Shown: piece by piece, positions 38,106 through 50,898 of the stretch
Layout of the letters: each line of letters opens with the position of its first letter
Position numbering within the stretch: position 1 is the first letter of the stretch
NCBI GenBank assembly: GCA_001938485.1
Contig: MQRK01242333.1
Span: forward strand, 1 to 55,688
DNA length: 55,688 nt
From: Girardia tigrina
Taxonomy: Eukaryota
Direction of reading: 5' to 3'
Made by a program: the position numbers and the translations under genes
Notes under the pieces: generated by a model
Told to the model about the DNA's origin: nothing
The model's database searches: none
Seen by the model: the letters and a program-made list of their open reading frames with translations, nothing else

Positions 38106-38789
38106 ATTGAACATGGAATGTGTGAGAAAAGAGACTACAAATAAAGAGATCTGGTAAAGGCTTGTGTATAATTGGTGGCAACCGCGGCGAAACTGTTAAG
38201 GTCAAAAAGAAAGAAAGAAAATTGTTTGAGATTTTTGTTGAACATCAATTTGATTTGAAATTAGTCAAACATTAATTATTTTGAAATTTTATTGAACGCT
38301 AGTTGCTGAGTATTTAAAAGTTTGTCAAACTTTGATTTATTTAAAAATAAATTATCGAATTGTTATTCTTGAATTACGAATTTTAATGAATCAGATAAAA
38401 TAAATTATGCTTCTATGAGTGAACATTAAATTTCACTGTCACTTTATTACGACCACAGTCCGGTCTTCAGTGCAACCTGAAGATTAGGTGGGACATATAA
38501 TATAGTGTTTCTCAAATAAACAAAGTAAAGTAGTTTTATTTATAAATTTGATCATATTTGGATTTAGTTTATGAATTTTTATTAATTGGTGTAATGTTGT
38601 TAACGTAGAAGAGATCAAAAATTCTCAGAAAAAAGACATATTTAAATCAAAACAAAACCTTTTGTTAAAAATATTTTTGAACACGGAAATAAATAGGAAA
38701 GAGATTTTAAAATAAAAATATTGTTTAATCGTTAAAGAGAAAATCGTGATGAGAAAAAAGCATATTCAAATTGTTTCAAATCTCAACAT

Positions 38790-39840
38790 TCCTTATTCAA
38801 TGAAAGTGTTGCAGAAGATATATATTGGTATAACAAGTAAATAAAACTGACCAACAACTTGACAAAGCTCTTTTGCAATATGAAATGAACAAAAATTAAA
38901 GAAAATAACACTTATCAGTCGCTGAGTATCATCTGAATCATAGAATCAAAGAATCATCCATCATTAATCCTTTTCAATCCAATCTAAGCTCTCATTCAAG
39001 ATCAAGTTATCAATACAAAAACATTAACCTAATCCAAAACACCAATGTTCCCAGTCAACCCAATAATCACCACTATGTTTCTTTCAGTTTTGTCTAATCT
39101 TGACTCTTACTAAATTTGTTTATAAGTATTGTAACACTCAAGCGAGTAAATGAAATTCTAAAATCGAAAGTGCGACAATCAGATGAAAGTTTTTTTTAAA
39201 AATGACAAAGACTTAAATGAAGTTATTCAGGGCATTGAAAAACAGGGCAATGTGCAAGACTCTTTGATGAAAAATTTTGTAGCAATAAAGAAACTTTAAC
39301 AACATGTTTTTCAAATGAAATCTGAGATTAAAAATAAAGAAATAGAAATTTTACATATCAAAAATGATCTAAAAAATACAAAAATTAACGAAATTATATT
39401 TCAAAATGAAATTCTGTAATAAGAGATAAGAAGTTTGCAAAAAAAGATTTTGATGCTTAAAGTTTTATCAAGTTCAAACACTAAAACATTGAATTCATCA
39501 AATTTGAAGCAGTCAAAATTGAAATCCAGAAAAGAGAAATATAAATCTGCCAAAAAAAAAACAATGAACTTGTACATCAGAAATAATAACATAAAAAGAA
39601 AATGTTACGGGGTCAAAAATGTGGAATGTTTGGATATGGATCCCAAAAAACTAAATTTGGATGGTGACGAAAATAAAGTTGAAATTGATCGTCTAAAATG
39701 TCAACTTAAGGAAGTACATCAAGAGAAAATCAGTATTGAAAAGAAGTACAAAGTTTAAATATAACATTTTACAAGATCAATATGATAATAACATAAAAAA
39801 GTATGAGATGATGGAATCAAAGTATGATAAGTTAAAGTAA
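38790..39840 (+). pseudogene. Degenerate coiled-coil protein coding remnant
   Basis: K/E/Q/N-rich heptad-like frames (MKSEIKNKEIEILHIKNDLKN; VEIDRLKCQLKEVHQEKISIEKKY) broken by stops. No family recognised. Confidence 0.35.
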
Positions 39841-40269
39841 ACTCATCCCCAAAAAGATATTTAAAACTTATCAATGAAACTTAATTAAAGAAAGACAAAT
39901 TACCATCCAAATCAGCAATATAACACATTCAAAAATCTTTCAATCAGCTGTACTTTCACATTTCAACAGGATTTAATTCTTCTGGATCTTAGGAAACCAA
40001 TGGTTATAAATAAATGAGATGATATAATTGCATCGGCTGTTTCTGGATATTTGTTACGAGAAAATATTATTGAAAAAAAATTGAAGAGACTTTAAAATTA
40101 ACTGAAAAATAATTATATTTTTTAGTTTTTGTAACCAAAAAATAAATAAAATAAATAAGTTTAAAAAAACCAAATAAACAGGTGTTGCCAAAATGGCATA
40201 TTAAAAATACATTACTTGATCAATAAACCACATCGTAGTGGTAATTGTTTTGTTATAAAAATAAGACCG

Positions 40270-40315
40270 TTGTGATTGGCCAATTTCTTGTTAATTGGGC
40301 GTTTGTGATTGGTTT
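40270..40315. promoter_or_regulatory. Cluster of CCAAT/ATTGG boxes upstream of the eIF4A remnant
   Basis: gtgATTGGCCAATttcttgttaATTGGgcgtttgtgATTGG. Confidence 0.35.
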
Positions 40316-40572
40316 TTAAGTTTTGTGAATGTGGGTTTGGTCAAATATTAATAATGTTTATGATTCATTTTTTGTTTGGATGTAAAAATTGTATTGTTAT
40401 AGCAAAATTAGATATTTTACAAAGATCGATATTTTGTCTCTAAATTGAATTGAAAAGCACATTAGTTTCATAGTGGTTTATGAAATTTTCTTATTTGATG
40501 AATTTATTAATTAAGAGCATTGGAAATAACGAACAAAAATTCAAAAGAACAGGAGCAAAACTGTGTCTCCAG

Positions 40573-40955
40573 AGGGATAGAAATGAATTAGAAAAAGTGA
40601 CAGAGAGTTTTGACGATATGAATCTGAAAGAGGATTTGTTCTACGGCATCGGAAGATCAAGTACAATTTGGCAAAGAGCGGTAATGCCGTTTGTCGGTGG
40701 ACGTGGTGTGATATATAGTGCACGGTCGGCCACTAAATCATGTACAAGAAGCGGTGGAACGCGAATTCATGAGATTATTGGTAATCTGGAGAAAGGGTTC
40801 CAAGTGATCGTCGGGTCTTCTGGTCGTATCTACGACATGATCGTGCGAAGGAGCCGGAAACAGATTCGATTCAAATGTTCGTTCTCGATAAAGCTGATGA
40901 AATGTTAAGACAGAGTTTCAAAGTGCGGTTTCAAAGTATGATTCAGATTATCGGA
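40573..40955 (+). pseudogene. eIF4A: eIF4A (DEAD-box helicase) pseudogene fragment with internal deletions
   Basis: ESFDDMNLKEDL, STIWQRAVMP (Q motif), GGT, VIVGSSGRIYDM (motif Ib), MFVLDKADEML (DEAD changed to DKAD). Walker A and motif Ia are missing; frameshift near 40860. Confidence 0.9.
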
Positions 40956-42745
40956 AGTTACGTTTACGGTATTTCCAACCAATTATANNNNATTCTCTCA
41001 CCTTCGCCATTGCGCGACTGTCACGCCCAGCCCGCTCTACAACAAAACATATTTGAGAAAAAAATCTTTTAAAACTAATGGAAGAATAGATTTTGTTAAT
41101 ATCTCCAATTCCAATATAAATATATTAATTCAAATAATTTTTTTAATAACTTTATTTTAAAATAAATGACATAAAAAACGTTTTTTGAAACATTTTTTTC
41201 TACTGTTTTTAGCATTTTTAGTGGGTAAAATTGATATTTTAATNNNNNNNNNNNNNNNNNNNNNNNNNNNNNNNNNNNNNNNNNNNNNNNNNNNNNNNNN
41301 NNNNNNNNNNNNNNNNNNNNNNNNNNNNNNNNNNNNNNNNNNNNNNNNNNNNNNNNNNNNNNNNNNNNNNNNNNNNNNNNNNNNNNNNNNNNNNNNNNNN
41401 NNNNNNNNNNNNNNNNNNNNNNNNNNNNNNNNNNNNNNNNNNNNNNNNNNNNNNNNNNNNNNNNNNNNNNNNNNNNNNNNNNNNNNNNNNNNNNNNNNNN
41501 NNNNNNNNNNNNNNNNNNNNNNNNNNNNNNNNNNNNNNNNNTTTTTTTCGAAAATTCAAAAAAAAACAAATTAGAGGAAAAATGTTTAAATTATTAATAA
41601 ATTTATTTTATGGGGAAATTTATTTCCAATAAACAGAAATGGTTCGTGAATTTTATTATTAATAAAAAATTATATTTTAGAATTAATATTAATTTAAAGA
41701 AAAATTTTAGTTAATTTGTAATATGTTTTAATAGAATAAAAACAATATTAGAAAAAATAAATATAATTAATTAATTATATAAAATATAAATATAATATCA
41801 AATTTTTAGTAAGAAATTTTATCTCATTTTAAAAATCTTCTAAATAAATTTATTTATTAATTATTTAACTTTTTTACTTATTAATTTTTCTTACTTCTTT
41901 CATTTTTCAAACTGAAAGATTAACAATCTTACTTAAGGACTCTTAATTTAACATAGAGATTCTGTCATGTAACCCCTCATAAACCTTACACAAATGGTAC
42001 CATTTTTATACTATCGATCAAGTGACATTGTTTAATAATAATTTATGAAAGGTTTTTAGAAAACACGATATATATAATTTCTGAATCATATTAGATCTAA
42101 TTATCAAAAATAAATAAATCAAATTGACAGAGTTTTCATATTTAAAAGTGATATTCTACTTATTAAAAGTGAAAAGGAAGCTACACAATATAGTTTTTAT
42201 CTTTAGTAATTGTTACACTTCCTTAATGTAATATAAATATTAAATAAATGAATAATTAATTTAGTAGAAAAAAGTTATATTTTTATAACAATGTAACACA
42301 GAGAAACGAAAATATTTTAACGATAAACTAAAATTCGGACATTGGGAGCAAAGCTCTGATTTACAGTTTACTTTGATTCTCAAAATTCTAGACTTTTTAG
42401 TCTATTCGAGAGATCTTTAAAGGTCGAAATAAAAAGGATTTTCAATCTGGTATTAGTTAACTTCACCTTCTTTTTATTTATCTGTAAATTGAAAAATAAC
42501 AGATTCCTTTAATAAAAAGAATAATATGAACTTCATAATTTCTTAAGTCGTGGTTACTAGTGGGCTAGTCGTTTGAGAAAGTATTAAACAAAAGGTCTTA
42601 ACGTGTAAAACTTCTTTGAGTTTTCGTGTTAATATGATTTTATTTTGTCTTGTAATTGATCTATTGCAAAAGGGTCGTTGAAGGATGTCTTTTTGTCTCT
42701 CTAAGCTGAATTAGGAACAAATATTATATTATTGATCTGGATATA

Positions 42746-43309
42746 CGAGGGGTGTCCCAAAAGTTTGCGGACTAATAAGTAACAACAATATAAGCAATAT
42801 AAGAAAAGTAACAACCTGACTTTTAGAAACGCCTGTAATAGCTGCTATCTCATGGATAGTGAGGAATCTGATACCAAGAATGACTGCCTCGATAACTTTC
42901 ACATTTTCTTGACATCCGGACGTTGTTGGTCGCCCACAGTGTTCATCATCCTCCAATGATTGACACCCTGCCTGGAATCGTTGCACCCACTTAAATTCTT
43001 CCCATAGCGGCATCACCAAAGAATCGGTGTAAACGGTGCACAATATCTGCAGTCTTCCTTCCCGAGGAAATAGATGATTGCTCGTTGAGATTTCACTGCC
43101 TCTTCCATACTAACTACAAGAGAGAAATATGACAAATTAATACATTCGTATGTCACACACATGCCGACGGGCATCCAATGTGAGTTCACCTACATTACAA
43201 TTGGTTGGTTCCCCTCTCATGTCATTGTACACACACCGCGCGTTACAGTCACGTACACACGTGACCACGCGATATTCTCTCAGTCCGTGAACTTTTGGGA
43301 CACCCCTCG
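42746..43309 (-). mobile_element. Internally deleted mariner with both TIRs
   Basis: TA-cgaggggtgtcccaaaagtttgcggact / agtccgtgaacttttgggacacccctcg-TA. Only the N-terminal transposase is retained (QRAIIYFL, WVQRFQAG, EDDEHCGRPTTS). Confidence 0.95.
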
Positions 43310-44927
43310 TATTAATGTAGGTCGATTATACATAAATAATCAATTTATAACATACTATTTTTCTTCATCAAGTTTAGAATTCATTAACACCAAATTTTAT
43401 TTCTATGATTTTTCAAACAATGATTTTTTAAACAAATTTTGAGGAACAATGCTTCATTTTTTAGCACAACCAGAGATTCTATTTGAAATATAAATATTGT
43501 TATACAATTTTAATTAATTTAAGTTTTATAATTTAGGTATAATAAATTATAAACGTTTTTTTGACGAAAATTTAATCTCAATCTGTTTTTTATTTAATAA
43601 AAAAATTTTTAGTTCTATTATAAACTAATTTTCTTAAACTATTGTTTACATTTATTCATTTTTACCGAAATTAAATTATTCTTAAAATTATTTTTTTTAC
43701 TTCTAGAAAACTTCTTTAATAGTTCATTCTTATTAAATAAAATCATTTTAATTAGTAAAACATTATTTTAACAAATCTTAACTATAAATATGATTTTCAA
43801 TTTAAAATTTTCAAAAATTTAAAGTTTACCAAAAAAACCTTATTTTTTAATTAATTGAATCATTTAATCTCTAAATAAATCTCCAAACAATTTTTCCATC
43901 TTTGTTGAGTTAGTGTTTGCGAAAGATGACCNNNNNNNNNNNNNNNNNNNNNNNNNNNNNNNNNNNNNNNNNNNNNNNNNNNNNNNNNNNNNNNNNNNNN
44001 NNNNNNNNNNNNNNNNNNNNNNNNNNNNNNNNNNNNNNNNNNNNNNNNNNNNNNNNNNNNNNNNNNNNNNNNNNNNNNNNNNNNNNNNNNNNNNNNNNNN
44101 NNNNNNNNNNNNNNNNNNNNNNNNNNNNNNNNNNNNNNNNNNNNNNNNNNNNNNNNNNNNNNNNNNNNNNNNNNNNNNNNNNNNNNNNNNNNNNNNNNNN
44201 NNNNNNNNNNNNNNNNNNNNNNNNNNNNNNNNNNNNNNNNNNNNNNNNNNNNNNNNNNNNNNNNNNNNNNNNNNNNNNNNNNNNNNNNNNNNNNNNNNNN
44301 NNNNNNNNNNNNNNNNNNNNNNNNNNNNNNNNNNNNNNNNNNNNNNNNNNNNNNNNNNNNNNNNNNNNNNNNNNNNNNNNNNNNNNNNNNNNNNNNNNNN
44401 NNNNNNNNNNNNNNNNNNNNNNNNNNNNNNNNNNNNNNNNNNNNNNNNNNNNNNNNNNNNNNNNNNNNNNNNNNNNNNNNNNNNNNNNNNNNNNNNNNNN
44501 NNNNNNNNNNNNNNNNNNNNNNNNNNNNNNNNNNNNNNNNNNNNNNNNNNNNNNNNNNNNNNNNNNNNNNNNNNNNNNNNNNNNNNNNNNNNNNNNNNNN
44601 NNNNNNNNNNNNNNNNNNNNNNNNNNNNNNNNNNNNNNNNNNNNNNNNNNNNNNNNNNNNNNNNNNNNNNNNNNNNNNNNNNNNNNNNNNNNNNNNNNNN
44701 NNNNNNNNNNNNNNNNNNNNNNNNNNNNNNNNNNNNNNNNNNNNNNNNNNNNNNNNNNNNNNNNNNNNNNNNNNNNNNNNNNNNNNNNNNNNNNNNNNNN
44801 NNNNNNNNNNNNNNNNNNNNNNNNNNNNNNNNNNNNNNNNNNNNNNNNNNNNNNNNNNNNNNNNNNNNNNNNNNNNNNNNNNNNNNNNNNNNNNNNNNNN
44901 NNNNNNNNNNNNNNNNNNNNNNNNNNN

Positions 44928-44961
<34 letters not shown>

Positions 44962-45004
44962 TTGTTATAATATAATACAGGTTAATGAAAATTTAGTCAA
45001 TTTC

Positions 45005-45033
45005 ATGACGGTTGATCTGTCGAAATATATTGT
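45005..45033 (+). ncRNA. 5'-truncated hammerhead motif (same family as 8105 and 46603)
   Basis: at-gacgg(ttgat)ctgtc-GAAA-tata-TT|gt; the CTGANGA box is lost. Tail motif atggcgtttgatttgtttata at ~45226 matches 8161. Confidence 0.55.
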
Positions 45034-46602
45034 TCTTATTGTAAATATCTGACTTTTTAAATCACATCTATATAAAGAATTTTTAGCTTTTAAATCTTTC
45101 AAAATATGGAACGATTAAGACGAACAATTATTTAACCTTCTTTTTATTCTTCTTATTATTTTTTATTAATTATTAATATTATTAGTTTTTAAATTTTAAA
45201 ATAATCATGAATTATAAGTTTAATGATGGCGTTTGATTTGTTTATATTAATTTCATTAATTGATTTTATTTTTTAATTGTTTTATATGAAAAAAGTACTT
45301 TTAATACATAATAATTCATACGAATGTGTTTTACAGTGAAAATAAATTGAAAAATAAGTACATCAATTGTAATCTTTTTATTTGAAAAAATCTATCTCTC
45401 ACTGTTTATTTTATTTAAAAAAATATTTTTTATAAGAAAGACGGTTATTATTCTGTATTTTGAAATACAATTCCCATTTCAGGAGAAAAACTTTATTATA
45501 AATAATTCTTTTAAATATAAAATTACTTTTAATAATGAAATATGACCCTTGAAATATGATTTATTAATATAATTTATTTAAGGCCAAAAAATAAAAATAA
45601 ATTTTATTTTTTTAGTTTTTTAGACTTTATTTTAATTTAAAATCAATTTTATGAATATTTTGGTTTTTAAAGAACATATTTATCAAAAATATGAGTAAAA
45701 AAGAGGAAAATTTACACCTTAACATTTATAATTGTTAATTGACATTAAAAGTTTTTCTCTAAAATAAAAGATAAAATAGAAGTAAAAAAATGATTTTTTA
45801 ATATGATTACAGTTACAATCAACTTCATAAATCGTTAATATATCATTATTATAATATCATTACTATTAATAATAATAATTTTCAATTAAAAACTTAATTT
45901 CCTTTCCCATTTAAATGAGATTTTATTTTTTTTTATTTTTATTAAGGAAATATTGTACTCCACAAAAAACAGGAAATAATTAATTTAATAATTAAACTCT
46001 GATATAACGGCCTTCTGCCATCCGTAGATTTCTTTTCATTTCTTCCGTCTACTTCTAATAATCTTCTTTCGCTTCCTTGGCTGAATCGTTTTGATTAATC
46101 CATTTTGTGTTACAAAATTTATTATTTAGGTTTTCTAAGAAAAGTAGTTTATAAAAATTTAAAAGCCCAATCGAAAAACGTAATAAAAAATAATTGTTAT
46201 TTATTTGCTTTTTATAAATTATAATAAAAAAATTATTATTATTACTCGTTATCATTATTTAAGTGAAAGATTAATTTTTACATACAGGAGCATTATAAAA
46301 TATATTTTTGTAGATTTTTATAAATAAACTTTTCATAAATGAATATTTGTTTGACTAAATAATATATTTTTTGCAATTACTTAAAAATTGTTTTTAATCA
46401 AAAAAAATTAAAAATCTTTATTAACAATGTTTTTAATTTATTTTATTAATATATTTTTATTTTTAAAGAAAAATTATTACATTTATTGTTCAATGTAGAC
46501 GTGCATTTTTGTATTTATTATTATATTTTTATTGATGAAGTGAAATCTAAATGATAATTTTCTATGAATAACAAAACTCATCGATTTAAAAATATATTTA
46601 TT

Positions 46603-46643
46603 GAAAATATATTTCAACGGATCAACCGGCATCTTCAGGTCCC
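46603..46643 (-). ncRNA. Hammerhead ribozyme motif with stem mismatches
   Basis: Reverse complement ggac-CTGAAGA-t-gccgg(ttgat)ccgtt-GAAA-tata-TT|ttc. Core intact; one mismatch each in stems I and II. Confidence 0.65.
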
Positions 46644-47549
46644 CGAATAATAATTAATTATAATATATATAATATATACCGATATATAAATGCAAAAATG
46701 ATGATTATGTAATCGATTGTATGAAATCATGCTAATCAAAAATTCTCAATAAGCTGGTTGAGACTGCCAATTGAACATTGATTTTAGGGCACCGTTACCT
46801 AATTAGCAATGCTTCACACGACACTCTCTCCCAATAACTGTCAAAATGCTTACACAGAATTTTGAAATTATCAAAATTAACATCACATTTACATTTCTTC
46901 CTATTTTACTCTTATGTATTTAATTTTTTACTAAATTATTAATATATAATAATATTTTATAATATAATTTTATATTTCTGAAGATAGTCTGATTTATTTT
47001 CTACATATTGGATTCACAACTTTTAAAAAATCTTTTTTATATTTTCATCTAATAGATCAATAATAATTTCTTTAAAGTCAATTATTTTATATGCTTTAAT
47101 AATGAGCTAATAATGATTTAAAATAGCAGAACTTGTTTTTATAATTTTTTTATAAATTAACAATGGGCTTTTATCACTTTATTAATTTATATAAATTTTA
47201 TTTATTACATTTAGTTTTCATTTATCTACAATTCCCATCGAGGTTTATTCCATAAAGTTTTCGTTTTTATTTACTTTTAAAACTTAATCTTTTTAGTAGA
47301 CATTTTTATTTAGAATTTTTTCATTGTTACTTTTTTACTTCTTCAATATAATAAATTATTATTTTATACTTGAACTTTATAATACTTTTTTTAATACTTT
47401 ATGTGAAATTATAACCGATTTTTTTAAAAATCAATTATTTGGTTGTTTAAGGTGCAGAATAGACGCTTCAAAGACATGCATTAAAAATCAGCAATCAATA
47501 CCGATTAATTTGGTCAAAACCTTTTTAGTCGGGCCGAATAGTTTGAGAT

Positions 47550-47630
47550 TCCGCCATGATCTAATAGTGGGCCCTCGCCCAATCACATATAAATGCTCCC
47601 ATTGACTAACCGAACAGTTATTCATTCAAC
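47550..47630 (+). promoter_or_regulatory. Pol II promoter-like arrangement (GC-rich, CCAAT, TATA, Inr-like)
   Basis: gggccctcgcCCAATcacaTATAAAtgc...tTCATTC about 30 nt downstream. No ORF follows. Confidence 0.35.
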
Positions 47631-48672
47631 TTGTTTCAATCGGTCATCGAATTATCGACTCAAAATTTATTAAATTGTTAAAAATTATTAATTTGTTAAT
47701 CGATTTTTAAGAGACTTTTATTATTTTAAAGATTAGTTTTTAAAAACAAAGGTTTTTTGATTTATTAGTTTTTAGATCTGCATTTCTGTTATCGGTTCGT
47801 TACGTAAACGTTTCTGTGATATTCTATTTAGAATTTAAATTAAAAATTACAAAAATTAAATGTATTTTATTTGGTTTAATAATTATTAAAATGGAAAGAA
47901 TTGTGGATTATTGCACATTTAACTTTTATATTAGAAAATTGATTAATAATCGGCTATCCCAAACTACCATATTTAATGTGTTTAATAGGAAAATAATTTT
48001 AAAATCATTTTTTTATTTTTTGATGATCAAATGACGACTTGAAAAGCAATTAAATAATTATTCTCTATTAATGTTTAATGTTTATTTAAATTCCATTAAA
48101 ATTTTAGATTTTTCAGATTACTGAAATGGAAAGAATTTATTTCAGTATTACAGAAATATTATAGAAAATAACTTTGCAACATTAACCTTTTTTTATATTT
48201 AGATTTTTCCAAGTTTACTGATATAATGATAAAAGTTGTGAGATAAGCTTAACCTCAAAGAGTAAATAAAAATATGGAAATTCATAGGATTAATTTGGCA
48301 AAATAAAATAATTTTAAGCTAAAATGAGTCAAATTATATCATTGGTATATTTTTATTAAACTCTAATGAAAATTAGAAAATTAAACTTTAATTAATGGAT
48401 CTTTTATTTTTTAAATCTTTTCATAGGGAGAAGAATAATTATTATTTGAAAACAGAAATCTATAGAAAGAGAAATGACACAGAATTATATCATATCTATT
48501 AGTTTTTGTCAATCAAAATATAAAATAATTATGATAAAATTTTGCTCTTTAATCTTTAGCTTTTATAATTTTACATATTACAAAAAAAAGAAATATTGAA
48601 TTTAATTTTTCAAAATTTATTGTAATTAATTTTAAAATTTGTGATGTTCCACTCGAACCCAGGTTGCCTCAA

Positions 48673-48740
48673 AGACCGGATGGTGGTAGTATAGCCGCCC
48701 TGTGGAAAACTCAGAAGCTTGGATTCAGTGTCCTGGGCCC
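48673..48740 (+). mobile_element. tRNA-like/SINE head remnant
   Basis: gaccggatggtggtagtatagcc...ggattcagtgtcctgggccc with degenerate A/B-box spacing. I could not fold it as a full cloverleaf. Confidence 0.3.
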
Positions 48741-49992
48741 ATTGTATATTGTATTTATTCGAGGAGTTCATCATTTTCCTCCGATTTTAGATTAATTTCA
48801 AAACTATTTTACTCAAAAGTTTAAAATCGATTATTAGAACAGTTTCGAAAACTAAGGATGTGGTAACCTTCTTTTTACGCACAAGAGGATAAATAAATAT
48901 ATATCTTATTATTTTTTGTTTTATTTATTTATTTGGACACCGATTAGCTGCTAGGAATCAGTTCCGCCTGGGGAAAGATTCATAAACCGTTTACCACAAA
49001 ATAGTTTTTTCCAAGGCAGCCAAAGTGGATATAAATAATTTAAACACAAATAGTTATAATTATATATTTATAAATATAAATCATATAAATTATATGATCA
49101 GGTTGTATAATGTTTAATAATATTTAATATATATAAAAAAATCAATAATTATTAATTAAGAAATTAAAAAAAACAAATTAAAAAATAAACCATAACTTCA
49201 AATCAAGATTTTACTTTCAATATATATTATCCAGTGTTCATTTCTCAGCAAACTTATTTTCAAAATTCTTCGGACATTCATTTCAAGCCAATTTTCATTA
49301 TATTATTAATCGTCTCCCTAAATTGAGCGTTTTTCATTATTCAAATTCAACAAAAGCTGAAAATTAGTTCTTCATATAACGCAAGAATCTTTGAATGATT
49401 TCTCAGACTGTATCATCCGAAATCTTCCGACAACTAAAGTAATTAGATGTATTAATAATTCTTTATCATACTATGTTCAAATTGATAGAACTTTAACCTT
49501 CTCTTTATATTTCAGTTTTAAAATTGTTCCTTTGTTTATTAATATAATTTTCGTTTAATAGTTATTTCGCTTATTTATTTATTTTTACTCACATTAACTA
49601 ATTAAAGGTTATTTAATCTATTGTTTGATTGGATCATCTTTATTTATTAAGAACATTTAAACAAGTCTCGTTTGAATGTTTATTACAATCACATTTAGAG
49701 TCATTATGGCTCTCAGAAAGTCTTTCATCGTTTTTCATCATTCTAATTGGTTTTCTTATTTCTGTTTTTAATCATGATTATTCGAACAATTTTTATTTTT
49801 TAAAATATTTAACCTCTAAAAATATTAATTAAAAATATAATAATTTTTACCATTTTTCAATAAATCTTAAAATAATAAAAATGTCATCAAATTATTAAAA
49901 ATGCATTTAATTTAAATTTTACGAAAAAATATTAAACTTAATTTTAATTGTGTTCGAATAGTCAATCACTTTAAATTTAAATAAAAAATACT

Positions 49993-50098
49993 AATTTCCA
50001 TCTGTATGGCAGAATCACCATTCTAAATTCAACATACTTAAATCAACATACAGCATCCATACATTTACACATTCAAACAAATTTAAATATTCCTTACA
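49993..50098 (+). repeat. Unclassified ~100-bp repeat, copy 4 (diverged)
   Basis: aatttccatctgtatggcagaatcaccattctaaattcaacatac...tcaacatac...tttaaatattccttaca. Confidence 0.65.
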
Positions 50099-50898
50099 AT
50101 AAAATTACAATTGTTGTCAACGTCAGTTTAGTTTAACCGTTATCCATTAACTTCATTATTCGTAAAGATCACCTAAGCGATTCTTTTACAATAGTTCTTA
50201 ATTTTCTTTAATCAGTAATCACAAAATATTATGAAGAGTGTTATTTGAATTTTAAAAATAATTTACTTTCATTAATAAAATATTTTAAAAAATCAAATAA
50301 AATTTATTTTTCCTAATTATTGATTTTATTAATTAAAATATTTTTATTGATTTTTTTAACATTAATTTTTTACTTATATCCTAAGAATAGAATTTCCATA
50401 ACTCAATATTTCCTGTGAGATATCTTCGAGAATTTCTAGAGCAATATATGTCATTCTTTAAGATGATAATTTATCAAAAAACTGCTGTGAAACATATTAA
50501 TGGAAAGATATTTAATCACTTTAAGTGTAATTTGTTTTATGTATAATTCATAAGTTTCATAAAGTCTGAAAAATTGAGGGAATAATATTTAAATTTATTG
50601 TCCAACAATTTAAAATTCTATCTTCAAATTTTCATGAAGTAATTGAGAGACTGAAGACTTTTACGAATCTTTTGAAAAATAAATATTGTTTGAAGCAGTC
50701 ATTATATTACCATAGAGACTGACCGGTGGTAGCAGAGTCATTGTGTTTCTTTTCGCAGTGATTCTTGCTGGACTCATTTAAAATTTAAAATTAATAATAA
50801 TCTTGTTTCGTTCATTATTTTTTTAAAGAGACATCTTTATCAATCAAATTAAAAAAAATTATATTCATGAATCAAACCAATCAGACATCGAAATTAAA

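Noticed and set aside
38440-38485. Possible hammerhead on the minus strand (ctgaagaccggactgtggtcgtaa)
   Set aside because: GAAA is changed to GTAA, stem II overlaps the core and there is no stem I; at best a decayed relic.
48673-48740. Functional tRNA gene
   Set aside because: No complete cloverleaf and a non-canonical B box; kept only as a low-confidence SINE head.
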